Under the pieces are notes generated by a model, which saw only the letters and a list, made by a program, of their open reading frames with translations, was not told where the DNA came from and ran no database searches. From positions 960,001 through 1,024,000 of the forward strand of contig CAWGED010000005.1 of the NCBI GenBank assembly GCA_963821525.1: DNA of 64,000 nucleotides. Reading direction: 5' to 3'. Positions within the stretch are counted from its first letter, which is position 1. Every line of letters begins with the position of its first letter. This document shows positions 44,358-54,520 of the stretch, in pieces. The translations under genes were made by a program, and so were the position numbers. The stretch comes from an uncultured Gemmatimonadales bacterium (GTDB lineage Bacteria > Gemmatimonadota > Gemmatimonadetes > Gemmatimonadales > GWC2-71-9).

Positions 44358-45980
44358 TCTTCGACTACCCGCTGCTGCTGCTCCTGGCCCCGGTCGTAGC
44401 ACTGGCCCTCGGGCTGATTGCGACTCTGGCTCGCCGCCGGCGCGTGACGAGGGCCATGGCCTGGTCTGCCGACCACGGGAGCAGCGGCGAGAAGATCCGG
44501 GCGCTGGGCTCCGCTCCTGTTCGCGATCGTGGGACTGCTCGCGATGGTCGCGGTCGCCGGGCCCCGCGGCGGGAGCGCGAATGTGACGACCGAGAGTCGT
44601 GCCCTGAGTGTCGCGATCGCTATGGACATCAGCCGCTCGATGCTCGCGGAGGATGCCGCACCAAGCCGGCTGCAGCGAGCGACTCGCGAGGCTCGTCGGC
44701 TGATCCAGGACCTGGGCGGCGACCGGATCGGTCTGCTGGCCTTTGCCGGCCGCAGCTACATCCTGAGTCCCCTGACGGTGGATGGGGCGGCACTGATGCT
44801 CTTCCTCGATGCTCTGAGTCCGGATCTGGCCAGCCAGGGTGGAACCGGCCTCGCCGGAGCGCTGCGACAGGGCGGGGAACTGCTGAGCGCTTCCGATGAA
44901 GCGGCGGATCGGGTGCTCATCGTGTTCACCGACGGAGAAGGGCACGACAGCCTCTCGGACGTCATCGCGCAGAGCCGGCAGCTCAAACAGCTCCGCATTC
45001 GCCTGGTGCTGGTTGCCGAAGGCGGCACCAAGCCGGCCCGAATCCCGGTGCGGGACAGCACCGGCGCCATCACCGAATACCAGACCGATGATGAAGGCCA
45101 CGAGATCCTGACCACCCGGCGCGACGACATCCTCCAGGCGATCTCCGACGCGGCCGAAGGGTCGATGGTGCCGGCCCAGCTGCCCGACCAGGCGGGGGCT
45201 GTGCGAGACCTCCTCTCCGCCTTTGCGAGGGCGCCGTCGCGGGAGACTCGCACGGCCGATCTGTTACCGCTCGCCTGGATCCCAGTCGCCGCGGCACTCC
45301 TGCTCCTGGGTCTGCACACCGTGTTTCGGCGCACAGCGGCTCTGGTAGCCCTCGCTGGACTGCTGCTGGCTCCGCGCGCGCACGCGCAACGACTCTCTCC
45401 CGGCGAACGCGCGCTGGCCGGAGGTCGCAGCGCGGTAGCCGCCGATCTCCTGCTCAAGGGTCTTTCCAAAGGCGCGTCCGACACCGCGGCGTACAATGCC
45501 GGCACCGCGGCACTCTTGGCTGGACGGCACGATGAGGCGCGCCTTGTCCTCGAGCGGGCGACCCACGCGCTCGATCCGGAGCTTCGGTATCGCGCCCTGT
45601 ACAACCTGGGTGTGAATGCCCTGGCCGCGGCCAAGGCCGACAGCTCCGCGCGCGACTCGTTGTATGCCGAGGCAGCGGAACACCTCAAGGAAGCGCTGGT
45701 CCTGTCTCCCCGGTCGGACCGGGCCAAGTGGAACCTGGAGCTGGCCCAGCGGCATCGCCCTCCGCCGTCCGGCGGCAATTCTCCCAATCAGCCCCCGCCT
45801 CAAGGGGGACAGCAGCCCCCGCCTCCCAAGTCCGGCCAGAGTAGTGGGGGCGAGCGGCCCAACCTCTCGCAGTCGCAGGCGGATGAGATCCTCGGCTCGG
45901 TCGAGCGCGAGGAGCGCAACACGCGCGAGCGGCACATGGCCCGGAACAAGAGCAACGCTCACGCGGTGAAAGACTGGTGA
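44354..45980 (+). CDS. vWA plus TPR protein, BatB/BatC-like (frameshift near N-terminus)
   Basis: DISRSM, FTDGEGH, YNAG/YNLG TPR, AKWNLELA, KDW C-terminus. Confidence 0.85.
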
Positions 45981-48317
45981 TCGGCCTTCTCCTGGCCCTC
46001 GCCCTGGTCCAGCAGCACCCCGCGCCTCAAGTGATGAGCGCGGTGGATCGGGACCACGTGGTCGTGGGTGACGTAGTGGAGCTGACGGTACGCATCACCA
46101 GCCAGACTCCGGAGGCGGTCCAGGTAAGCCTGCCGCCTCTGCTCGGTTTCGAGCTGGTAGGCCGGAGCGAGCGCAGTGAAGTGAGCTACGGCAACGCCAA
46201 GGGCCGGATTACGACAGTAACACTGCAGCTCCGCGCTACTACCAAGGGCCATTGGCGGATCGGGAAGATCCAGATCCGCCAGGGATCCCACCTCGAGGAG
46301 GCGGAACCGGTCGATGTGTATGTCGATCGCGGCAGCGCCGCGACGGCGTCCGCTCTCCCGAGCCGAATCCGCCGGGTGCTGGAGCAGGCGCCTCGCGCCC
46401 AGGGGTTCACCACCTGCCGCGATCAGCGTGGTCGTGTCCGACCCCTCGGTCGTCGTCGGCCAACAGGTGGATGTGGTGACCATCGCCTGGTTCCAGCGGG
46501 ATCTCCGGCAGCAGCTTCGCCGTTCTCCGACGGTCGAGGCGCCACGAATCGAAGGCGTCTGGAGCTATCCCCAGCAGGTTCCTTCAGGAATCGCCGCGAG
46601 CAGGCTGATTGGAGGCCGCTGGTATGACCTCTTCATCCTCCACCAGATCATTTTTCCACTGACACCGGGAACCGTGAAGGTTTCCGCCGCGCGGCTGCAC
46701 TACAGCGTGCCGCTCGCCTTCCAGTTCTTCAGCCAGGAAGAGCGTTACTCGCTGGCGAGCGGCACCAGCGGTCTCGAGGTGACCCCGCTTCCCACCGCGG
46801 GGCGGCCGGCCGATTTCACCGGAGCGGTGGCGCGCAATCTCACGGTCACAGATTCGATTTCGCCTCCGGTGGCGCAACAGGGGGAAGCGGTGACCGCCAG
46901 CCTGGTGCTGCGCGGAGAAGGGAACGTCGCTCTGTGGCCGGCGCCGGCCGTCACCTGGCCTCCGGGGTTCCGGGCCTACCCCGATGCGACGGAAGAGCGG
47001 GTCTCGACCACCGATGGCCGTCTGGGTGGCACCAAGACGTTCCGGTACCTCCTGGTCGCGGACAGCGCAGGCACCACGGCAATTCCTGCCGTTCGCTATT
47101 CCTATTTTGATCCCGGCACCGGGACCTATGCCTCCACCCGCATGGGGAGCGTGAGCCTGACCGTGGCGCCACGATCCGGAGGTGCTCTGCTCCGGGCGAC
47201 ACCGCCTCCGCTCATACTCGATGCACGCCCGGGGCTCGCCCGCGAGATCCGGGAGACTTTTTTCCCCTGGGTCTGGTGGGTCGCGCTCCTGATCGGACCT
47301 CTGGTCTTCGCCGGGCGGGTGATCCATCTGCCCCGTCGCGCGAAGCGCACCGAGCCACCGCGCGCCGACAGCCTGGCCGCCGTGGAGCGGGAGCTGTCCC
47401 GAATGGTCGCGGCCCTGGCCGCAGGACAGGATCGCAATGGCCCGGAGTCGTTGCAGGCGTCGTTGCGTCGAAGCGGACTGAGCGAACCGGACGCGCAAAA
47501 GGTGATCGAAGTGCGCGAACGACTCCGTGCCGCTCGGTTCGGGGGATCGGGAATCGATCCCGCAGTGCTGGCCGAGGCCAGGGCGCTGATTCTGCGGATT
47601 CGGCCTGAACGGGCGCGGAGCGGGCCGCGCTGGAGAAGCGGGACCGCAGCGATGCTGTTATTCGCTTGCGCCACGACGCTTCGAGGGCAATCGACCTCTC
47701 CCGAGCAGCTTTACGAAGCCGGCGCCCTTGGTTCTGCAGCGGCCGGCTTTCAGGCCCGCGTGCAAGCCGCGCCCGAAGTGGGCGCCTACTGGTACAACAT
47801 GGGCGCCGCGCGATTCCGGCTTGGAGAAGACGCCGCGGCACTGGGCGCCTGGACTCGGGCGGCGCGGCTCCTTCCCCGGAATCGAAATGTTCAGCGGGCA
47901 CTGGTGCTGGTCCCCGCGGCCAACGGCGCCTCCGCCAGCGAGCTGGCAGTCTCGCCGCTCACTCCGGACGAATTGTGGTTGATCGGCTTCATCGTGTGGA
48001 CGCTCGGATGGGCTGGTCTCGCGGTTTCTCGCCGAGTGCGGGGTCGCTGGCTCATCATGCTCGGCTGTGCCGCAGCGTTTATCGGCGCCGCCGAAGGGCT
48101 GCGATGGTGGTACGCTCGCCCGGTGGCCGTGGTGATCAACGAAGGGGCCATGCTCGTCTCGCCCAGCGAGCGTGCTCCGAGAGTGACCACGCTCCCCAAG
48201 GAGACCAGCGTGCTGATTCGGGAAACCCGGGCCGGCTGGGCGCTGGTCGAGGATGGATCGGGGAACCGCGGCTGGACTGAACGGTCGGGTCTTATCCCGC
48301 TCGCCGGGCAGTATTGA
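45977..48317 (+). CDS. BatD-like protein with C-terminal TPR/SH3-like region (frameshift near 46400)
   Basis: VDRDHVVVGD, FTGAV, LRGEGNV, YFDP, WYNMG, GNRGW. Confidence 0.8.
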
Positions 48318-48348
48318 ATTCCTTCCGATCCTCCTGTCTCTTTCCGCC

Positions 48349-50079
48349 ATGCCCCGTCGCATCGCCATTCTTCCCGATGCCGTCGCCGATCAGATCGCGG
48401 CCGGTGAGGTGGTCGAGCGTCCCGGGTCTGCGGTCAAGGAACTGGTGGAGAACGCCCTCGACGCTGGTGCGCGCCACGTCCGGGTAGATCTGGAACAAGG
48501 GGGCAAGACGCTGATCGAGGTCAGCGACGATGGGTGCGGGATGGGCCGGGAGGACGCGGTACTCGCTCTCGATCGTCACGCGACCAGCAAGATCCGGAGC
48601 GCAGCCGATCTGGTGGGCATTCGCAGTTTCGGTTTCCGCGGCGAGGCACTACCCGCCATTGCTTCGGTGTCCCGCTTCCGGCTGGTGACTTCGGAGGACG
48701 GGAATGAAGGCACCGAGATCGGTGTCACGGGCGGGCGAGTGGATGGCGTGAAGAGCCTGGCACGGCAACGTGGCACAACCGTGACCGTTCGAGGTCTCTT
48801 CTTCAATACGCCGGCGCGACGGAAATTTCTCCGCTCGGTGCCGAGCGAGGCGCGGGCGGCTCATGACGCCCTGGCGACCCTGGCGCTGACCCATCCCGAA
48901 GTTGGATTCGAGCTGCACATCGATGGCCGATCCCGCCTCGCGGTTCCGCCCGATCAATCTCCCGATGAGCGACTGGCCGCGATCTGGGGTCACGATCTGG
49001 TGAAGACGTTGATCCCCCTCGACCACGCCGTCGGCAGCTTCCGGGTAACCGGATTTATTCAGCGGCCGGGCGACGCCGCCCCGAGTGGCCGCCGCACCCA
49101 GCTCTTCATCAATGACCGCCCGTTCCGTGATCCCTTCCTGGTGCGGGCCGCCGAGGCCGGCTATCGCTCCGCGATCCATCCCGGCGACCGGCCATCACTC
49201 TTTCTCAAGCTCGAGACCGCGCCCGAGGAAGTCGATGTGAACGTGCATCCCGCCAAACTCGAAGTGCGCTTTCGCGACCGGCTCGGCGCCGAGCGTGCGG
49301 TGGAGGAAGCGGTGAGAGAGGCGCTGGGTCGGATATCCGCGGCGGCAGTGGTGTGGGCGAACGGGGCGGACAGGACGGACGGGGCGATCAGGGCGGACAG
49401 CACTCCGGACGTGTTGGGAATTCTGGATGAACTAAGGTCCGCTTCGCCCGCCTCGTCCGACTTGTCCGTCCTGACCGACCCCTCGCTTCCGCTCGGGGCA
49501 AGCTTGTCCGCCCCGCCCGCCCTGACCCAACTCTTCAACACCTACATCTTCTACGCCGAGTCCGACCGCCTCGTGCTCATCGACCAGCACTCGGCACACG
49601 AACGGGTGCTGTACGAAGAGGTCATGACCAGGATCCAGAGCGGAGGGTTACCCAGCCAGCGGCTGTTGCTCCCGTTCACGCTCGAATTCACCGACGAGGA
49701 GCTCGAAGCGATCGAGGCACACGGGGAACAGATCTCCCGCATCGGCTTCGAGGTCGAGGCCTTTGGAGGCCGGAGTGTCGTCGTGCACGCCGTGCCGGCG
49801 CCGCATCCCCGCTTCGATGCGGAGCGCTGCCTGCGCGAGCTGGTCTCCGATCTTGCTCGTGGCCGTTTCGGGGGATGGGCGAACCGGCTCGAACGCTTCG
49901 CCGCGACCTATGCCTGCCGGGCCGCGATCAAGGCCGGCGAAGCACTCACGGAGCAGGAAATGCGCGGGCTGGTGACGAGACTCTTCGCCTGCGCCCTGCC
50001 GCCGCACGACGTTCACGGACGCGCCAGCATGGTACAGCTCCCCCGCGAGGAGCTGGAGCGCCGGTTTGGCCGGCGCTAG
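48349..50079 (+). CDS. mutL: DNA mismatch repair protein MutL
   Basis: IAAGEVVERP, HATSKI, GFRGEAL, DVNVHPAK, DQHSAHER endonuclease motif. Confidence 0.96.
   Translation: MPRRIAILPDAVADQIAAGEVVERPGSAVKELVENALDAGARHVRVDLEQGGKTLIEVSDDGCGMGREDAVLALDRHATSKIRSAADLVGIRSFGFRGEALPAIASVSRFRLVTSEDGNEGTEIGVTGGRVDGVKSLARQRGTTVTVRGLFFNTPARRKFLRSVPSEARAAHDALATLALTHPEVGFELHIDGRSRLAVPPDQSPDERLAAIWGHDLVKTLIPLDHAVGSFRVTGFIQRPGDAAPSGRRTQLFINDRPFRDPFLVRAAEAGYRSAIHPGDRPSLFLKLETAPEEVDVNVHPAKLEVRFRDRLGAERAVEEAVREALGRISAAAVVWANGADRTDGAIRADSTPDVLGILDELRSASPASSDLSVLTDPSLPLGASLSAPPALTQLFNTYIFYAESDRLVLIDQHSAHERVLYEEVMTRIQSGGLPSQRLLLPFTLEFTDEELEAIEAHGEQISRIGFEVEAFGGRSVVVHAVPAPHPRFDAERCLRELVSDLARGRFGGWANRLERFAATYACRAAIKAGEALTEQEMRGLVTRLFACALPPHDVHGRASMVQLPREELERRFGRR
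49355..49527. repeat. In-frame inverted 9-mer repeat element in the mutL linker
   Basis: GGGCGAACG GGGCGGACA GGACGGACG GGGCGATCA GGGCGGACA ... TCCGCTTCG CCCGCCTCG TCCGACTTG TCCGTCCTG ... TCCGCCCCG CCCGCCCTG. Confidence 0.75.
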
Positions 50080-50992
50080 AACTCCCGTCATCGTCGGACC
50101 CACGGGCATCGGCAAGACGGCGGTCGCCCTCGCGTTGGCCGCGCACTGGCCGCTCGAGGTCATCTCCGCCGACTCGCGCCAGGTCTATCGCCGGCTCGAC
50201 GTTGGCACCGCCAAGCCTTCCCGGCGAACCCTCGCCCGCGTGCCACATCACGGGATCGATGTCGCGGAACCAGGGCATCGCTACAGCGCCGGTCTCTTCG
50301 CCCAGGAGGCCTCGGGATGGATCGAGGCGGTACGCGCGCGAGGCAAGATGCCGGTCGTGGTGGGAGGAACCGGGCTCTACGTGCGCGCCCTCGTGGATGG
50401 CCTCTTCATCGAGCCACCCATGGACTCGGAGACCCGGAAGGCGGTGGAGCGCTGGACTCGCGGATTGGCGGTCCCCGACCTCGTGCGGTACGCGCTCCGT
50501 CTCGATCCCGCGTTTCAGGGTGGCGGGAGGCAGCGCGCGGCACGCTCGGTAGAAGTGGCACTGCTCACCGGACGGCCGTTGAGCCATTGGCAGCGGGAAG
50601 GGAAGGCCCAGGGCGCCATCACTCCCTGGTACGTGGTACTCACTGCGCCACGGGCGGTGCTTCATCAGCGGATTGCCGCGCGCGCCCAGGAGATGGTCAC
50701 TCGCGGCATGATTGAAGAGACCGCCGCGGTGCTGGCCGAGGGGCTCTCGCCGAATGCGCCCGGTCTCGACGCCATCGGACCCCGTGAGGCGATTGAGTAC
50801 CTCCACGGCCAACGGGCGCGCGACACCGTCGCCGAGGCGGTCACTATCGCCACTCGGCAATACGCCAAACGGCAGGAAACCTGGTTCCGGCATCAGCTGG
50901 CGGGAGAGGTCCTGACGCTGGACGCGACGCGATCGCCTGAGTCGGTCGCCGACGAGATTGTTGCTGCATGGGAGACAGGGAGTAGGGAGTAG
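50066..50992 (+). CDS. miaA: tRNA dimethylallyltransferase
   Basis: GPTGIGKT, SADSRQVY, GTAKP, VGGTGLY, TRQYAKRQ.TW. Confidence 0.96.
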   Translation: MAGARTPVIVGPTGIGKTAVALALAAHWPLEVISADSRQVYRRLDVGTAKPSRRTLARVPHHGIDVAEPGHRYSAGLFAQEASGWIEAVRARGKMPVVVGGTGLYVRALVDGLFIEPPMDSETRKAVERWTRGLAVPDLVRYALRLDPAFQGGGRQRAARSVEVALLTGRPLSHWQREGKAQGAITPWYVVLTAPRAVLHQRIAARAQEMVTRGMIEETAAVLAEGLSPNAPGLDAIGPREAIEYLHGQRARDTVAEAVTIATRQYAKRQETWFRHQLAGEVLTLDATRSPESVADEIVAAWETGSRE

Positions 50993-51052
50993 GGAGAAAA
51001 ATAGGTGTTGGGGTTGTGGGGCCCTACTCCCCACCACCTACTCCCTACTACC
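50970..51052. repeat. Inverted 7-mer repeat element overlapping the miaA stop
   Basis: AGGGAGT AGGGAGT AGGGAG ... CCCTACT CCCCACC ACCTACT CCCTACT. Confidence 0.75.
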
Positions 51053-51079
51053 GTTTATCACCCCACACCGGTGCTGTAA

Positions 51080-52204
51080 ATGAAGATCGGCATCACCTGC
51101 TACCCGACATACGGCGGATCTGGAGCCGTGGCCACCGAACTCGGACTGGAACTGGCCCGGCGGGGTCACGAGGTGCACTTCATCTCCTACGCCTCACCGT
51201 TTCGCCTGCGGGGCTACGCGGAGGGGGTCTACTTCCACGAGGTGGATACCAAGGTGGGACGGTATCCATTGTTCGAGCACTACCCGTACACCCTGGCGCT
51301 TGCCTCCAAGCAATACGAGGTGGTGAAGCGGGAGAATCTGGATCTGCTCCACGTGCACTACGCGATCCCCCATGCGACGACCGCCTACCTGGCGAAGGAG
51401 ATGCTGAAAGGGGAGCGCTCGCTCAAGTTCATCACCACCCTGCATGGCACCGACATCACGCTGGTCGGGCAGGAAGCGAGCTTCTACCAGATCACCAAGT
51501 TCTCCATCGAGACCTCGGATCGGGTCACGGCCGTCTCCGCCTTCCTCCGCGATGAGACGTATCGGGCGTTTGGCTGTGTCTCCTGCGACCTCAAGGTCAT
51601 TCCGAACTTCGTGAACCTCCAGGAATACCAGCCGGGTCCCGGCGGCGAGCGCGAGTCGCTGGCCCCGGCCGGCCACAAGATCATCACCCACGTCTCCAAT
51701 TTCCGTGAGGTCAAGCGGGTGAAGGACGTGGTGCGGGTGTTCGCCCGGATCCGCAAGGCGATGCCGGCGACACTCTTGATGATCGGCGATGGTCCGGATC
51801 GGAGCGACGCGGAGCGCGAAGCCGAGGAATTGTCCGTCACCGATGACGTGCTCTTCCTGGGCCGGCTCGACCGGGTCACCAGTATCCTCCAGGCGTCCGA
51901 CCTCTTCGTGTTGCCCTCGCAGACCGAGTCGTTCGGCCTCGCGGCGCTGGAAGCGATGGCGTGCGGGGTGCCGGTGGTGGCGACAAGAGCGGGCGGTCTC
52001 CCGGAGATCATAGACGACGGAGTCAATGGCATTCTCGAGCCGGTTGGTTCGGTCGAAGCGATGGGCCGCCGCGCCACCGATCTCCTGAGAAACGCCGCTG
52101 CCCATGGCGCCATGGCGAGCGCGGCGCTGGAAAAGGCGCGCACTTTCTCGGCCGACAGCATCGTCCCCATGTACGAGGCGTTGTACGCCGAGACGCTCAA
52201 GTGA
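51080..52204 (+). CDS. bshA: N-acetyl-alpha-D-glucosaminyl L-malate synthase (GT4)
   Basis: MKIGITCYPTYGGSG.VATELG, HVHYAIPHA, TTLHGTDITLVG, SNFREVKR, ESFGL. Confidence 0.92.
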   Translation: MKIGITCYPTYGGSGAVATELGLELARRGHEVHFISYASPFRLRGYAEGVYFHEVDTKVGRYPLFEHYPYTLALASKQYEVVKRENLDLLHVHYAIPHATTAYLAKEMLKGERSLKFITTLHGTDITLVGQEASFYQITKFSIETSDRVTAVSAFLRDETYRAFGCVSCDLKVIPNFVNLQEYQPGPGGERESLAPAGHKIITHVSNFREVKRVKDVVRVFARIRKAMPATLLMIGDGPDRSDAEREAEELSVTDDVLFLGRLDRVTSILQASDLFVLPSQTESFGLAALEAMACGVPVVATRAGGLPEIIDDGVNGILEPVGSVEAMGRRATDLLRNAAAHGAMASAALEKARTFSADSIVPMYEALYAETLK

Positions 52205-53019
52205 TGGTCGACGGCTACCTGATCGCCGCGATCCTCGGTTTGGTCGAAGGGATCACCGAGTTTCTTCCGATTTCATCCACGGGGCATCTGATCGTCGCCG
52301 GGTCTCTACTCGGCTTTGAGGGGGAACGGGCCAAGACCTTCGAGATCTTCATCCAGCTGGGCGCGATCCTGGCGATTCTCTGGATCTACCGGTCCCGCTT
52401 TCTGGAGCTGGTGCAAACCGCGGCCCGATCGGAGGAGAGCCGGCGATTCATCTGGAACCTCGCCATCGCTTTCCTCCCGGCCGCGGTCGCCGGCCTGATC
52501 TTCCACCGCCAGATCAAGCAATACCTCTTTGGCCCAATTCCAGTGGCGTGGGCCCTCATGGTGGGTGGCCTCGTGATGTTGCTCATCGAGCGGCTTAAGC
52601 CAGTCTCCAAGGTGTCCGACGCAACCGGGATCTCGCCTCGACAGGCACTCGGCGTGGGGCTGGCGCAGGTGCTGTCTCTGTTTCCCGGGGTCTCCCGGTC
52701 GGGCGCCACCATCATGGGCGGGTATGCGCTGGGGTTGTCCCGGACCGCCGCGACCGAGTTTTCCTTCTTCCTCTCCGTGCCGGTCATGATCGCCGCGACG
52801 GGCTTCGACCTGCTGAAGAGCAGGGAGGCCCTGAGCCTGGCGGACTTCCCAATTTTCGCAATTGGCTTCATCGTTTCCTTTGTCTCGGCGGTGGTGGTCG
52901 TCAGGGCATTTCTGAGGTATATCGGTCACCACAGCTTTACCGCCTTCGCCTGGTACCGGATCGTGCTCGGGGGCCTCCTGCTGTGGTGGTACCTCCATCC
53001 ATCCGCGCCTGGAGTCTGA
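52204..53019 (+). CDS. uppP: Undecaprenyl-diphosphatase
   Basis: EGITEFLPISSTGH, IQLGAILA, PGVSRSGAT. Confidence 0.96.
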   Translation: MVDGYLIAAILGLVEGITEFLPISSTGHLIVAGSLLGFEGERAKTFEIFIQLGAILAILWIYRSRFLELVQTAARSEESRRFIWNLAIAFLPAAVAGLIFHRQIKQYLFGPIPVAWALMVGGLVMLLIERLKPVSKVSDATGISPRQALGVGLAQVLSLFPGVSRSGATIMGGYALGLSRTAATEFSFFLSVPVMIAATGFDLLKSREALSLADFPIFAIGFIVSFVSAVVVVRAFLRYIGHHSFTAFAWYRIVLGGLLLWWYLHPSAPGV

Positions 53020-53735
53020 TGTCGGAACCTCGTATTCACTGGATGGACACCGTCGAGTCCACACTCGACGAGATTCACGCGTTGGCGGAAGCCGACGCGC
53101 CCGATGGCACTGTGGTCGTCGCAAAGGAGCAGACGCAAGGGCGGGGAAGTCGCGGCCGGTCCTGGCACTCCCCGGTCGGCGGATGCTGGTTCAGCATTCT
53201 CCAGCGGGGCGCCGTGACTTCGGGCAGCAGCGTACTGAGCATCCGGGTCGGCCTTGCTGTGGCCGACGTGATTTCCGCGCTGGGCGTGCGGCATCCTGTC
53301 CGACTCAAATGGCCCAACGATCTCATGTGGTGCGACAGGAAGCTGGGTGGGATCCTCTGTGAGGCGCAGTGGCTGGGGCCCACTCGGGAATGGGTCGCGA
53401 TCGGGATCGGGATCAACGTCAGGAACGAACTGCCGAAGGACGTGAAGCGCACCGCCATCTGCCTTGGCCACCTGTTGCCCGACATCACTCCCGAGGCGTT
53501 GGTCGAACCGCTGGCCACCCGGCTCCGGTCCATGAGCGAATCAGGCCCCATGCTGACCCTGGCCGAGGCGTCTGCCCTGACGTCACGGGACTATTTGTTC
53601 GGGCGGCGCCTCATCGAACCCATTCCCGGGGTGGCTCGCGGCGTGTCGAGGCAAGGCGAGCTGGTCGTGGAGATTCGAGAAGGCGTGATACAGGCGTTCC
53701 GCTCGGGTCACGTGGTTCTGGCGGGGCCGGCCTGA
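53019..53735 (+). CDS. birA: Biotin-[acetyl-CoA carboxylase] ligase (no HTH domain)
   Basis: QTQGRGSRGRSW, LKWPND, KLGGILCE, GIGINV. Confidence 0.9.
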   Translation: MSEPRIHWMDTVESTLDEIHALAEADAPDGTVVVAKEQTQGRGSRGRSWHSPVGGCWFSILQRGAVTSGSSVLSIRVGLAVADVISALGVRHPVRLKWPNDLMWCDRKLGGILCEAQWLGPTREWVAIGIGINVRNELPKDVKRTAICLGHLLPDITPEALVEPLATRLRSMSESGPMLTLAEASALTSRDYLFGRRLIEPIPGVARGVSRQGELVVEIREGVIQAFRSGHVVLAGPA

Positions 53736-53740
53736 TCCCC

Positions 53741-54520
53741 ATGCTCCTTGCTCTCGACGTAGGAAACACCGAGATCACCGCCGGGCTGTTCCACGGTCCC
53801 GAGCTTTCAGCACACTGGCGTCTCACCACCGCAACCGAGCGAACCCCCGACGAGTGGTCGGTCACCCTCAACGCGCTGCTGGTCCAGGCGGGGCATTCCC
53901 CGAACGAGGTCCGGGCCGCCGTGATGGCGTCGGTTGCACCCAGCGTGACGCAGAGCCTCATCGCGGGGGTGCGCTCCGCCACCGGCAGCGAAACCATCGC
54001 CGTGGACGCCGCGACCCCGCTGCCCATTCGGCTCGACGTGGATGAGCCGCTGACGGTCGGCGCCGATCGCATCATCAACACCCTGGCGGCGGTCACTCTC
54101 TATCAGGTCGATACTCTGGTGGTGGACTTCGGCACCGCGACGACCTTCGACTGCATAACGGGCGATGGCCGGTTCATCGGCGGAGTCATCATGCCGGGCC
54201 TCCGCACGTCGGCGGACCAGCTCACCCGTCGCGCGGCCAAGCTCCCGGCAACGGAGCTGACGCCGCCTGAGCGAGTCATCGGACGGCGTACCGAAGACTG
54301 TATTCGTGCCGGAGTCTTGTTCGGCGCGGCCGACGCCGTGGACGGCATCGTGAAGCGGATCATGAAGGAATGGCCCGGTGGCCGGCGGCCCAAGGTCGTG
54401 GGCACTGGCGGGCTCGCCACCATCGTTGCGCCGCTGACGACCACCATCGAGTTGGTAGACCCGGACCTCACTCTGCACGGCCTTCGCATCGCGGCCGGCC
54501 ATCTCGCCCTCAGGTGGTGA
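53741..54520 (+). CDS. coaX: Type III pantothenate kinase
   Basis: LDVGNT, VGADR, VDFGTATTFD, GTGG, LTLHGL. Confidence 0.95.
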   Translation: MLLALDVGNTEITAGLFHGPELSAHWRLTTATERTPDEWSVTLNALLVQAGHSPNEVRAAVMASVAPSVTQSLIAGVRSATGSETIAVDAATPLPIRLDVDEPLTVGADRIINTLAAVTLYQVDTLVVDFGTATTFDCITGDGRFIGGVIMPGLRTSADQLTRRAAKLPATELTPPERVIGRRTEDCIRAGVLFGAADAVDGIVKRIMKEWPGGRRPKVVGTGGLATIVAPLTTTIELVDPDLTLHGLRIAAGHLALRW

